Assembly: GCA_023386365.1 (NCBI GenBank)
Contig: JAEWJX010000079.1
Location: 3,179 to 67,178, forward strand
Length of the DNA: 64,000 nt
Origin: Actinomycetes bacterium
GTDB lineage: Bacteria > Actinomycetota > Actinomycetes > Actinomycetales > Microbacteriaceae
Reading direction: 5' to 3'
The number at the start of each line of letters is the position of its first letter. Within the stretch, counting starts at the first letter, position 1. Below, piece by piece: positions 45,333 to 54,755 of the stretch. The notes under the pieces were generated by a model. It did not search any database and was not told the origin of the DNA. It saw only the letters and a program-made list of their open reading frames with translations. Position numbers and translations under genes: made by a program.

Positions 45333-46808
45333 GTGAGCGACCATGACACCCTCTTCGCAACCCGGTATCGGGCACTGTCGTCGCGGGACTCCCGATTCGA
45401 CGGTCAGTTCATCGCCGGGGTGCACACCACCGGCATCTACTGCCGCCCGAGCTGCCCGGCCACGACCCCGAAGCCTGGCAACGTCAGCTTCTACCGCACC
45501 GCGGCCGCCGCGCACGAAGCCGGACTCCGGGCCTGCAAACGGTGCCAGCCCGACGCCGTACCCGGCTCGCCCGACTGGAACCTGCGGGACGACCTCGCCT
45601 CCCGCGCGATGCGGCTCGTACAAGACGGCGTGGTCGAGCGCGACGGTGTCGACGGGCTCGCGCGCCGACTCGGGTACTCGAGCCGCCACCTCACCCGGGT
45701 GCTCACCGCCGAACTCGGCGCCGGGCCCCTCGCCCTCGCCCGAGCACACCGCGCGCAGACCGCCCGCACCCTGCTCGCCTCCACCGAGCTGCCGATCGCC
45801 GACATCGCCTTCGCCGCCGGATTCGGCAGCCTGCGGCAGTTCAATGACACCATCGCCGCCGTGTACCAGGCCACGCCCACCGAACTGCGGGCGCTCAGCC
45901 GCCGCGGTCAGCACGGCACGGGCGTCACGGATGCCGCCGGCAGCCTCACCCTCCGCCTGCCGGCGCGCGCCCCGATCGACCGAGACGGACTGCTGCGCTT
46001 CTTCGCCGACCACGCCGTCCCCGGACTCGAGACCGCCGACGAGACCACCTTCGCGCGCCCCCTGGAACTCCCCGGCGGTACAGCCCGGGTCGAGGTGCGC
46101 CCTGACCCGCAGGGCGCGGGCTTCCTCAGCACCGTGCGTCTCGCGCGTCTCGGCGACGTGGGAACCGCCGTCACGCGTCTGCGTCGAGCTTTCGACCTCG
46201 ACGCCGACTCTGCGGCGATCGATTCCGCCCTGTCGACCGACCCGGTGCTCGCACCGCTCGTCGCCGCGATCCCCGGCATCCGCATCGCGGGCGCCTTCGA
46301 CCCCGTCGAGGCGCTGTTCCGCACCCTGGTGGGGCAGCAGATCTCGGTCGCCGCAGCGCGCACCGCCCTCGGCCGCGTCGTCGACGGCATCGGAGACGGG
46401 CGCTTCCCCGATGCTGTGGTGATCGCCGAACGCGGGCGCGAGGTGCTGCGGGGGCCCGCGGTCCGCATCGACGCGATCGTCGGGATCGCGGAAGCCGTCG
46501 CCGAGGGGCGTCTGGTGCTCGACATCGGCATGCCCGTGGCCGAGTTCCGCGCCGCGCTTCTCAGCCAGCGAGGAATCGGCCCGTGGACCGCCGACTACCT
46601 TGCCATGCGCGCACTCGGGTCACCCGACGTGCTGCCTGTCGACGACCTCGTGATCCGGCAGAGCGCGGAAGCCCTCGGACTGCCCGCGACGCGGGCGGGT
46701 CTCGCCGCCCACGGAGAACGCTGGTCCCCGTGGCGCAGCTACGCCGCCCTTCACCTCTGGCGTGCCCGGCCCGCACGCGTGCGCGGCGAGCGTACGCTGA
46801 CGCCATGA
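45333..46808 (+). CDS. alkA: Ada zinc domain-AraC HTH-AlkA DNA-3-methyladenine glycosylase II fusion
   Basis: FDGQFIAGVHTTGIYCRPSCPA...CKRCQPD (Ada Zn site), AraC HTH (IADIAFAAGFGSLRQFN), HhH-GPD region (LVGQQISVAAAR...GIGPWTADYLAMRALG.PDVLPVDD). GTG at 45333 after a GAGGGTGGA SD is preferred to the track start at 45276. Confidence 0.8.
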   Translation: MSDHDTLFATRYRALSSRDSRFDGQFIAGVHTTGIYCRPSCPATTPKPGNVSFYRTAAAAHEAGLRACKRCQPDAVPGSPDWNLRDDLASRAMRLVQDGVVERDGVDGLARRLGYSSRHLTRVLTAELGAGPLALARAHRAQTARTLLASTELPIADIAFAAGFGSLRQFNDTIAAVYQATPTELRALSRRGQHGTGVTDAAGSLTLRLPARAPIDRDGLLRFFADHAVPGLETADETTFARPLELPGGTARVEVRPDPQGAGFLSTVRLARLGDVGTAVTRLRRAFDLDADSAAIDSALSTDPVLAPLVAAIPGIRIAGAFDPVEALFRTLVGQQISVAAARTALGRVVDGIGDGRFPDAVVIAERGREVLRGPAVRIDAIVGIAEAVAEGRLVLDIGMPVAEFRAALLSQRGIGPWTADYLAMRALGSPDVLPVDDLVIRQSAEALGLPATRAGLAAHGERWSPWRSYAALHLWRARPARVRGERTLTP

Positions 46809-47563
46809 CGACCGTCTCGGTGGTGATCCCCGCGCGCGACGACGCCGAGATGCTCAGCCGCTGCCTCGCAGCCCTCGCCGCACAGACACGCCTCGCCGAC
46901 GAGATCGTGGTCGTCGACAACGGAAGCGCCGACGACTCCGCCGACATCGCCCGCGCAGCGGGCGCCGTGGTCGTATCTGAAGCGATCCCCGGGATCCCGC
47001 GCGCGTCCTCGGCCGGCTACGACGCCGCATCCGGCGACCTCATCGCACGCCTCGATGCCGACAGCCTGCCCGCGCCCCAGTGGATCGCCTACGCCGTCGA
47101 GCGGTTCGAGCGCGACAGCACCCTCTCGGTCCTCACCGGGATCGGCGACTTCTACGGCTCCACCCCGATCGTGCACACGCTCGGTCGGGTCGTGTACCTC
47201 GGCGGCATGCTGGTCTCGATGACGCCGTACCTCGGGCACCCCCCGATCTTCGGCTCCAACTTCATCATGCGGCGCTCGGTGTGGGAGGAACTCGCCGGCG
47301 AGGTGCATCGCACCCAGCGGGAGATCCACGACGACCTCGACCTCAGCCTCCACATCAAGCCCTGGATGCGGGTCGAGTACGACCCGGAGTTCCGAGTCGG
47401 TATCTCCGCCCGACCGTTCGCCACCTTCTCCGGGCTGCGTCGGCGCGTCAGCTGGGTGGTGCCGACGCTCCGCAATCATTGGCCTGACGACTCCCCCTGG
47501 GCGAGACGTGCAGCCCGCCGACGCTGGCAGGCGCATGAACGCGACGAGCGACGTCGCGCCTAG
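46805..47563 (+). CDS. Glycosyltransferase family 2
   Basis: Internal ATG (MTTVSVVIPARDDAEMLSRCLAAL), VVVDNGSADDS, LDADS. ATGA overlap with the alkA stop. Confidence 0.8.
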   Translation: MTTVSVVIPARDDAEMLSRCLAALAAQTRLADEIVVVDNGSADDSADIARAAGAVVVSEAIPGIPRASSAGYDAASGDLIARLDADSLPAPQWIAYAVERFERDSTLSVLTGIGDFYGSTPIVHTLGRVVYLGGMLVSMTPYLGHPPIFGSNFIMRRSVWEELAGEVHRTQREIHDDLDLSLHIKPWMRVEYDPEFRVGISARPFATFSGLRRRVSWVVPTLRNHWPDDSPWARRAARRRWQAHERDERRRA

Positions 47564-48462
47564 GCCGCGCGGGCCTGCCCGAACAGGGCGAGCATGTCGC
47601 GCACCAGCTGATGCGGAGTCGTCTCGCACGGGCTGTGCCCGGTGTCGTAGACGGCAAGGCGCGCCCCCAGGCGATCGGCCAGCAGCGCGTAGCGCTCCAC
47701 CGGCCACAGGTCGTGGCTGCTGGTCGCCACCAGCGTCGGCACGCCCGTCGCACGGACGTCCGCCGCGGCATCCGGGGCGACCTTCATGAGGCGCACGATG
47801 TCGTCGACGCACTCGCGGCGCGTGAACGCGAACCGGGACCGCACGAACGCCAGACGGGACGGCCCCACCCGGTTCTTGTTCGTGACGATGCCCCAGATCA
47901 TCAGCCCCGCGCCCTGCCGTGGGGTGAGGAAACGCGACAGCCACCCGATGCGCTTCACGTAGCGGTACGAATTCGCCGGATCGGGCGGCGTGGTGAGCAG
48001 GGTGAGGCTTCGCACCAGCTCCGGGTGTCGCGCCACGACGAGCTGGGCGACGATCCCCGCGAACGAGTAGCCGAGAAGATGGGCCGGCGCCCCCGCCTCC
48101 AGGAAGGCCACCAGATCGTCGACGAAGAGCGGGTAGTCGAACCGCTCGCCCGGGGGCGGGCCGGCGGTGGCGGATGCGTAGTTGCCCGCCAGGTCGTAGC
48201 TCTGTACGAAGTACCCGGCCTCGGCGAGCAGCGGGGACATCAGCACGAAATCCTCCTTCGACCCCGTCGCCCCCGGCACCATCACGACCCGCGGATGCGT
48301 CGGATCGCCGAGCGAGACCACCGCCAGTGGGCCGCTCGGCGCCTCGAACACCGACGCGACGGCGCCCTCGGCGGGGACCGCCCAGTCGATCTCGCCGATC
48401 GCAGCGTCACGCCGCGCCGCGTCGTCGGCGGCCGCCGAGGAACGCGCATCGTGGACGGTCAC
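47560..48462 (-). CDS. Alpha/beta hydrolase
   Basis: VVMVPGATGSKEDF and nucleophile elbow LLGYSFAG. The track start at 48639 would abut the divergent gene, so I use GTG at 48462 (VTVHDARS). Confidence 0.7.
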   Translation of the reverse strand: MTVHDARSSAAADDAARRDAAIGEIDWAVPAEGAVASVFEAPSGPLAVVSLGDPTHPRVVMVPGATGSKEDFVLMSPLLAEAGYFVQSYDLAGNYASATAGPPPGERFDYPLFVDDLVAFLEAGAPAHLLGYSFAGIVAQLVVARHPELVRSLTLLTTPPDPANSYRYVKRIGWLSRFLTPRQGAGLMIWGIVTNKNRVGPSRLAFVRSRFAFTRRECVDDIVRLMKVAPDAAADVRATGVPTLVATSSHDLWPVERYALLADRLGARLAVYDTGHSPCETTPHQLVRDMLALFGQARAA

Positions 48463-48499
48463 CGGCCCACGATATCCGGCACCGCCCCCCCGAGGGCCG

Positions 48500-48505
48500 T
48501 AGCAT
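48500..48505 (+). promoter_or_regulatory. Candidate -10 box for a leaderless transcript
   Basis: TAGCAT ends 6 nt before the ATG at 48512. There is no SD and no convincing -35. Confidence 0.3.
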
Positions 48506-48511
48506 GCCGAC

Positions 48512-49009
48512 ATGGCCGCTGACGACGATGCACTGCCGGGCGACGGGCGCGACGAGACCGAGGCCGAGCGCCTCGACCGCAACTGGAACGAGATCCTCCA
48601 GGAACTGCGGGTCGTGCAGACCGGAACGCAGATCCTCATGGGATTCCTGCTGACCGTCGCCTTCCAGCAACGGTTCGAAGACCTCGACCGGTACCAGGTG
48701 ACGGTCTACCTCGTGCTGGTGGCCCTGGCGTCGCTCGCCACGATCCTCGCGCTCACCCCCGTGAGCCTGCACCGCGCCCTCTTCCGGCGGCAGGCGAAAC
48801 CGCAGCTGGTCCGCTCCTCGAACGTCCTCCTGAGGGCGACCCTCGTCGCCGTGCTGCTGACCCTGGCCGGCACCGCGATGCTCATCTTCGACATCGTCGC
48901 CGGGCACCCCGCAGGCTTCGTGGCCGGTGCGATCGTGCTCGTGCTCGGGGTGGTGGCGTGGTTCCTCGCTCCGGCCGGCATCCGGGTCCGCAACCGCGGC
49001 GACGACTGA
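48512..49009 (+). CDS. DUF6328-like membrane protein
   Basis: ERLDRNWNEILQELRVVQTGTQILMGFLLTVAFQ followed by 3 further TM helices. The family name is from memory. Confidence 0.6.
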   Translation: MAADDDALPGDGRDETEAERLDRNWNEILQELRVVQTGTQILMGFLLTVAFQQRFEDLDRYQVTVYLVLVALASLATILALTPVSLHRALFRRQAKPQLVRSSNVLLRATLVAVLLTLAGTAMLIFDIVAGHPAGFVAGAIVLVLGVVAWFLAPAGIRVRNRGDD

Positions 49010-50040
49010 TGGACGACCTCACCCGTCGCGCGCTCGACGCTGACGACCCGGGGACGCCGGGCCGACTCCCCCGGGGCAGTTGGCGTCTGGCCGTCCGGCG
49101 CGCCTGGCACGGGTTCGTGCGCCACCGCGGCATCGACGCCGCAGCCGCCCTCACCTTCTTCACGACGGTCGCCGCGTTCCCCGCCGCGCTGGCATTCGTG
49201 TCGGCGTTCGCACTGACGAGCAACCGGGAGCGGGCGGTCGACGACCTTGTCGCCGTCGCGAGCACGCTGCTGCCGGATGACGTGGCCGAGTCGTTCGGCG
49301 ACGCGATCCGTCAGCTGCTGCAGCTCGAGAACCCGGGCATCGCCCTCGCGATCGCCCTCGTCCTGCTGCTGTGGACCGCATCCGGGTACGCGACCGCGTT
49401 CGGCCGCGCCGTGAACGCCGTCTACGAGGTGCAGGAGGGGCGACCGTTCTGGGCGTTCCGGGCACGCATGCTGCTCGTCGCGATCGTGCTCGTCATCCTG
49501 GCGGCGCTCATCGTGCTGGCGCTGCTCGCGACACCGCAAGCCACCGACGACATCCTGGGTCGGCGCGGCCTGGCACCCGTCGTCGCCACGGTGTGGAACT
49601 GGCTGCGCTGGCCGCTGCTCCTGCTACTCACGCTGCTGTTCGCCGCCGTGCTCTACACCTCCACCCCGAACGTGCGGCACCAGAAGATCGTGTGGGCGAG
49701 TGTCGGCTCGGCGTTCGCGATCGGAGTGTGGGCGCTCGCGACCGCCGGCTACGCGCTGTACGTGACGATCATCGGCGCCTACGGGGCCATCTACGGCTCC
49801 ATCGGCGTGCTACTCGTCGCCCTACTGTGGGCGTACCTCACCAACATCGCCCTCGTGGCGGGCGCCGAACTGGACGCCGAGTTCGTGCGCCTGCGGCAGC
49901 TGGCCCGCGGGATCCACGCGGACGAGACGATCCGCTTGCCCGTGCGCGACACCAGTCGCGACCACTGGATCGCGCGGCAACGCGACGCCGACGTCGCCGA
50001 CGCCCGCCGCATCCGGGAGCAGGCCGGACAAGACGAGTAG
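49009..50040 (+). CDS. YihY/BrkB-family membrane protein
   Basis: Internal ATG (MDDLTRRALDADD). Motifs AAALTFFTTVAAFPAL, LLWTASGY and SIGVLLVALLWAYL. TGATG overlap with the previous stop. Confidence 0.8.
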   Translation: MDDLTRRALDADDPGTPGRLPRGSWRLAVRRAWHGFVRHRGIDAAAALTFFTTVAAFPAALAFVSAFALTSNRERAVDDLVAVASTLLPDDVAESFGDAIRQLLQLENPGIALAIALVLLLWTASGYATAFGRAVNAVYEVQEGRPFWAFRARMLLVAIVLVILAALIVLALLATPQATDDILGRRGLAPVVATVWNWLRWPLLLLLTLLFAAVLYTSTPNVRHQKIVWASVGSAFAIGVWALATAGYALYVTIIGAYGAIYGSIGVLLVALLWAYLTNIALVAGAELDAEFVRLRQLARGIHADETIRLPVRDTSRDHWIARQRDADVADARRIREQAGQDE

Positions 50041-50071
50041 CACCGGATCGCGCGGAGGGGAACCCCCTTGA

Positions 50072-50088
50072 GCGCGCCGTGGGCGCGC
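50072..50088 (+). terminator. Short G/C stem-loop after the yihY-like gene
   Basis: GCGCGCC gtg GGCGCGC. No T-run follows. Confidence 0.25.
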
Positions 50089-50102
50089 GGTCGGCTAGGA
50101 GC

Positions 50103-50987
50103 ATGGCCGACACCACGATCCAAAACCCGGTTACCCGCTACCGCACGGACGGCTTCCCGAAGCAGGAACAGGACCAACCGGGGCTGACCTCACGCACCGA
50201 GCCGGCACCCGACCACGGCGAGGAGAGCTACCGCGGCTCCGGGCGCCTCACCGGCATGCGGGCGCTGATCACCGGAGGCGACTCCGGCATCGGGCGCGCC
50301 GTGTCGATCGCCTACGCCCGGGAAGGCGCCGACGTCGCGATCTCCTACCTCCCGGAGGAGCAGGAGGACGCGGAGGACACAGCGCGGCACATCGAGGAGG
50401 CGGGCCGCACCGCCCTGCTGCTGCCCGGCGACGTGCGGTCCGAGCAGCAGTGCCGCGAGCTCGTCGAACGCACCGTGGCCGAACTCGGCGGGCTCGACAT
50501 CCTGGTGCTGAACGCCGCGTACCAGGAGAACCGCGACGGGCTCGAGAACATCCCCACGGAGGAGATCGAGCGGGTCTTCGACACGAACCTCTTCGCGCCC
50601 ATGTGGACCGCCCGCGCCGCCATCCCCCACCTCAAGCCCGGATCGTCGATCATCACGACGTCATCCATCCAGGCCTTCAACCCGGCGCCGAAGCTCATCG
50701 ACTACGCGATGACGAAGGCGGCGCAGGTCGCCTTCACCAAGGCGCTCGCCCAGCAGCTCGGATCGCGAGGGGTGCGCGTGAACGCGGTGGCCCCGGGGCC
50801 CATCTGGACCCCGCTGATCCCGGCGACCAGCTGGCCGGACTCCCTGCCCGAGTTTGGCCAGGACACGCCCCTCGGACGCGCCGGACAGCCCGCCGAATTG
50901 GCTCCGGCGTACGTCTTCCTCGCTTCCGCGGAGGCGTCCTACGTCTCCGGTGCGATCGTGCCCGTCACGGGCGGAAAGGGGCTCTGA
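50103..50987 (+). CDS. SDR-family oxidoreductase (YghA/general-stress-protein-39-like)
   Basis: Internal ATG (MADTTIQNPVTRY) after an AGGAG SD. Motifs ALITGGDSGIGRA, NAA, YAMTKAA and PGPIWTPL. Confidence 0.85.
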   Translation: MADTTIQNPVTRYRTDGFPKQEQDQPGLTSRTEPAPDHGEESYRGSGRLTGMRALITGGDSGIGRAVSIAYAREGADVAISYLPEEQEDAEDTARHIEEAGRTALLLPGDVRSEQQCRELVERTVAELGGLDILVLNAAYQENRDGLENIPTEEIERVFDTNLFAPMWTARAAIPHLKPGSSIITTSSIQAFNPAPKLIDYAMTKAAQVAFTKALAQQLGSRGVRVNAVAPGPIWTPLIPATSWPDSLPEFGQDTPLGRAGQPAELAPAYVFLASAEASYVSGAIVPVTGGKGL

Positions 50988-51253
50988 TGCCCGGATCACG
51001 GAACAACTCACTCAAAGACCCGAAGCTCTACGAGGAGCTGCGGGACGAAGGCAACAGCAAAGAGAAGTCGGCGCGCATCTCCAACGCCATCGCGGCGCGT
51101 GGGGCCAAGAGCGTCGGCAGGAAAGGCGGGGAGTCCGGATCGTACGACGACTGGACGGTCTCCGACCTGCGGAAGCGGGCCAAAGAGCTCGGAATGTCGG
51201 GATACTCCGGCAAGAAGAAGGCCGAACTGATCGGCCTCCTTCGCCATCACTGA
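50987..51253 (+). CDS. Small basic protein with C-terminal Rho-N/SAP-like motif (DUF7218-like)
   Basis: 88 aa from the internal ATG (MPGSRNNSLKDPKLYEELRDEGNSKEKSARISNA...WTVSDLRKRAKELGMSGYSGKKKAELIGLL). TGATG overlap with the SDR stop. Confidence 0.6.
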   Translation: MPGSRNNSLKDPKLYEELRDEGNSKEKSARISNAIAARGAKSVGRKGGESGSYDDWTVSDLRKRAKELGMSGYSGKKKAELIGLLRHH

Positions 51254-52947
51254 TCCCGGCGGTCGCCCCCGCCCCGACGTTCCTGCAGCTTGCGCAGCCA
51301 CCGCGGGTGGTCTCCGACGATGCCCTGCTCGTCGCGCGCTTCGACCTCCAGGCCGTAGTACTCGCCGATCCGGTCGACGAACTGCGCGCGCTCCGCCTTC
51401 GCGTACGCCCTGCGTTCCCGAGTGAACGCGACCGCGGTCGACCAGCAGATGAGCAGCATCACCACGCTGAACGGCAGCGCGATCGCGATCGCCGCCGTCT
51501 GCAGGGCCTTCAGACCGCCGGCGAGTAGCAGGGCGATCGCCAGAGTCGCCGTCACGACGACGAAGAAAGTGCGGATCCACCGCTTCGGATTCAGTTCGCC
51601 GCCGGTGGCGATCATGCCCATCACGAGCGCCCCGGAGTCAGCGGAGGTGACGAAGAAGATGGCGATCAGCAGCAGGGTTCCGGCGCTGACCACGGCGGTG
51701 CCGGGAACGTGCTGCAGGAACTGGAACAGGGCCGCCTGCAGGTCGACGACGCCGTCGGTCGACAGCGTGCCCGGGTCGCTCATCTCGATGGCGAGCGCCG
51801 ACCCGCCCAGCACCGCGAACCAGAGGATCCCGATCAGCGTCGGAACCAGGATCACGCCCGCGACGAACTGCCGCACGGTGCGGCCCTTCGAGATGCGCGC
51901 GATGAAGATGCCGACGAACGGCGCCCACGAGATCCACCAGCCCCAGTAGAACGACGTCCATGACGCCTGCCAGGCCTCCCCCTCCGCCCCTTGGAACGCA
52001 CCGGTGTTGAACGAGAGCCCCACGAAGTTCTGCACGTAGAACCCCATCGACTGCACGAACTCCCGCAACAGGAACTCCGTCGGCCCGACGACCAGCAGAT
52101 ACACCACCAGCAGGCCCGCCATCACCAGGTTGATGTTCGACAGCCACTTCATCCCCTTGCTCACCCCCGAGAGCACCGAGAGCAGAACGAACACCGAGAT
52201 GATCAAGATGATGACCACTTGCGTGGTCTCGTCGGGGTGGGCGATCCCCGCCACATCCAGGCCCGCGCTGATCTGCAGTACTCCGAGCCCGAGCGAGGTG
52301 GCGACTCCGAACAGGGTGCCGACGAGGGCGATCACGTCGACCGCGTGGCCCCATCCGCCCTCCACCCGCTTGCCGAGGAGCGGTTCGAGCGTCCAGCGGA
52401 TCGAGATCGGCCGGTGCCGCCGATGGATGGCGTAGGCGAGCGCCAGCCCGATCACCACATAGATCGACCAGGCGTGTACGCCCCAGTGCAGATACGTCTG
52501 GCCGAGGGATGCCTGCGCGAGTTGCGCCGAGGTGCCCGCGACCCCGGGACGCGGGTCGACATAGTGGCTGAGGGGCTCACTCACCCCGTAGAAGACCAGA
52601 CCGATGCCCATCCCCGCGGCGAAGAGCAACGAGAACCACGACATGAGCGAGAACTCGGGCTCGTCGTCGTCGCGCCCGAGCTTGATGTCGCCGAACCTGC
52701 TGAACCCGAGGAACAGGCTGAACGCCACGAACGCGGCGGCGATGAGCACGTAGTACCAGTTGAAGGCATTGACGATCGTGGACTGGATCGCGCCGAAGGC
52801 GGCCTCGGCCGCGTGCGGGGCGATCAGCGTGAACGCCACGAACGCGACCACGATGACGGCGGCGGGCCAGAACACCCATCGCTGGAAGGCGGGCTGCGTA
52901 CGCCGCGGCCGCGAGACAGGTTCCTGATGGTCCTCAGTTCCGCTCAT
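51247..52947 (-). CDS. BCCT-family betaine/choline/carnitine transporter
   Basis: FYWGWWISWAPFVGIFIARISKGRTVRQF signature, 12 TM, 566 aa. Confidence 0.9.
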   Translation of the reverse strand: MSGTEDHQEPVSRPRRTQPAFQRWVFWPAAVIVVAFVAFTLIAPHAAEAAFGAIQSTIVNAFNWYYVLIAAAFVAFSLFLGFSRFGDIKLGRDDDEPEFSLMSWFSLLFAAGMGIGLVFYGVSEPLSHYVDPRPGVAGTSAQLAQASLGQTYLHWGVHAWSIYVVIGLALAYAIHRRHRPISIRWTLEPLLGKRVEGGWGHAVDVIALVGTLFGVATSLGLGVLQISAGLDVAGIAHPDETTQVVIILIISVFVLLSVLSGVSKGMKWLSNINLVMAGLLVVYLLVVGPTEFLLREFVQSMGFYVQNFVGLSFNTGAFQGAEGEAWQASWTSFYWGWWISWAPFVGIFIARISKGRTVRQFVAGVILVPTLIGILWFAVLGGSALAIEMSDPGTLSTDGVVDLQAALFQFLQHVPGTAVVSAGTLLLIAIFFVTSADSGALVMGMIATGGELNPKRWIRTFFVVVTATLAIALLLAGGLKALQTAAIAIALPFSVVMLLICWSTAVAFTRERRAYAKAERAQFVDRIGEYYGLEVEARDEQGIVGDHPRWLRKLQERRGGGDRRDQ

Positions 52948-53003
52948 CCGTCCACGGTAGCCACGTCACGGGCCCGCCGGTGAACCCGTGTACCCCGGCG
53001 GCC

Positions 53004-53810
53004 TCAGTAGATGAAGATCGGGAACCACTCGGGATTGTGCGCGTGCACGATCGCGAGGAAGACGATCGCGTCGAACAGCAGGTGCACGGCGAGCACGTAG
53101 CCGAGCGAACGGGTGCGGGCGAACAGGTAGCCCTGCAGCAGCGCGAACGGGAACGTCAAAAGCGGACCCCAGGAGCGGTAGCCCAGTTCCCACAGGAACG
53201 ACACGAAGATGACCGCCTGGATGAGGTTCGCCTGCAGCACCGGGAAGTGGCGCCGCAGTAGAGCGAAGCAGGTGCAGATGAAGAACAGCTCGTCCCAGGT
53301 GCCCACGGCGTTCACGCCCACGAAGAAGCGCGCAAGCTCGGACAGATCGGTGATGTGCGGCCAGTTCTGGTACGCCCCCGAACGGATGAAGTAGAACGGC
53401 AGGATCAGCCAGCCGAGCACCGGCACCGCCACCAGGTAGGCGATCTCGAGGCGGGTCTTCTTCTGCCGGCTGCGCCACGGGAACCGGATCGCGTGCCGCT
53501 TCAGCAGGAACCGGTCGAGCAGGAACGGGGTCGCCACGGCGAGGGTGAGCACGATGCCGATCCGGAAGAACGAGCCCCACGCCACATCCGCCTCGACCGA
53601 CGTCGACGACACGATCGCGATGCCGATACCGATGAGGGTCAGGTCGACGCCGAGCTCCCGGTCCATCCACCAGGCGAGACCGACCGCCGCGACGAGCACG
53701 AGGTGACCCCAACCGGGGAGCTGGAATCCGAACAGCAGCAGCGCGGACGCCGCCACACCGATCGCGGGGATGAGAGCCCGCCTGCTCCAGGGTTCGACGA
53801 GGCTCTCCAC
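53004..53810 (-). CDS. Polytopic membrane protein, possible divergent CPBP-type protease
   Basis: 268 aa and aromatic-rich. WDELFFICTCFALLRRH (EE-like motif) and AVHLLFDAIVF (HxxxD). The assignment is weak. Confidence 0.45.
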   Translation of the reverse strand: MESLVEPWSRRALIPAIGVAASALLLFGFQLPGWGHLVLVAAVGLAWWMDRELGVDLTLIGIGIAIVSSTSVEADVAWGSFFRIGIVLTLAVATPFLLDRFLLKRHAIRFPWRSRQKKTRLEIAYLVAVPVLGWLILPFYFIRSGAYQNWPHITDLSELARFFVGVNAVGTWDELFFICTCFALLRRHFPVLQANLIQAVIFVSFLWELGYRSWGPLLTFPFALLQGYLFARTRSLGYVLAVHLLFDAIVFLAIVHAHNPEWFPIFIY

Positions 53811-53830
53811 TCCCCCAGCTTGCCAGGTCG

Positions 53831-54679
53831 CTAGGCGGAGGCCTTCTTCTTCGCGGGCGCCTTCTTCGCCGGCGCCTTCTTCTTGGCCGGCGCGGCATCG
53901 CCTCGACGCTTCTCGACACTGCGTTTGAGGGCATCCATCAGGTCGAGTACCTCGCCGCCGCCCTCCGTCTCACGACCGAAGGTCGCCTCCGTGTCGAGCG
54001 CGTCACCCTGCTCGAGCTTCGCCTCGATGAGGGTGCGCAGCTGCTCTTGATAATCGTCGGTGAACTTCTCCGGCGTGAAATCGGACGCGAAGCTCTCGAC
54101 CAGTTGCTTCGACATCTTCAGTTCGGCGTCGGTGATACTCGGGGACTCGTCGAGCTCGGGGAATCGCGCCTCCCGCACCTCGTCGTCCCAGAGGAGCGTC
54201 TGCATGGTGAGTACCCCGTCACGCACCCGCAATGCCGCGAGCCGGGTCTTCTGCCTCAGGGCGAACTTGACGATCGCAGTGCGATCCGACTCCTCCAGCG
54301 TGCGCATCAGCAGCACGTACGCCTTCGTCGACTTCGAGTCCGGGGAGAGGTAGTAGCTCTTCTCGAACATGATCGGGTCGATCTGCGCCGTCGGCACGAA
54401 CTCGACCACGTCGATGTCCTTACTGCGCTCCACGGGAAGTGACGACAGGTCGTCGTCGGTGAGGATCACCGTCTGCTCGCCGTCGACGTACGCCTTCGCG
54501 ATGTGTTCGTAGTCGACCGTCTCGCCGTCGATCTCGCACACCCGCTTGTAGCGGATGCGTCCGCCGTCGGCGTCGTGCACCTGATGCAACGAGACGTCGT
54601 GGTCTTCGGTGGCCGAGTACAGCTTCACCGGCACGTTCACGAGCCCGAAGCTGAGCGAGCCCTTCCAGATGGAGCGCAT
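53831..54679 (-). CDS. ku: NHEJ protein Ku
   Basis: Internal ATG (MRSIWKGSLSFGLVNVPVKLYSATEDHDVSLHQVH). Lys/Ala-rich basic tail (KKKAPAKKAPAKKKASA). Confidence 0.9.
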   Translation of the reverse strand: MRSIWKGSLSFGLVNVPVKLYSATEDHDVSLHQVHDADGGRIRYKRVCEIDGETVDYEHIAKAYVDGEQTVILTDDDLSSLPVERSKDIDVVEFVPTAQIDPIMFEKSYYLSPDSKSTKAYVLLMRTLEESDRTAIVKFALRQKTRLAALRVRDGVLTMQTLLWDDEVREARFPELDESPSITDAELKMSKQLVESFASDFTPEKFTDDYQEQLRTLIEAKLEQGDALDTEATFGRETEGGGEVLDLMDALKRSVEKRRGDAAPAKKKAPAKKAPAKKKASA

Positions 54680-54742
54680 CTCGCCATTGTTCCGCCGAAT
54701 GTTGACGCTGTACACCCCGTGGACGCTGGGAAGTCGCGCCGG

Positions 54743-54748
54743 TAGAGT
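54743..54748 (+). promoter_or_regulatory. Candidate -10 box (TAGAGT) for a leaderless ligD-Pol transcript
   Basis: TAGAGT ends 7 nt before the ATG at 54756. There is no SD in between. Confidence 0.25.
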
Positions 54749-54755
54749 GACGCGG

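Noticed and set aside
53004-53810. A visibly less G/C-rich gene between the BCCT transporter and ku as horizontally acquired DNA.
   Set aside because: Third codon positions are still mostly G/C. The lower G/C is explained by the Phe/Ile/Tyr/Trp-rich membrane-protein composition. No mobility genes flank it.
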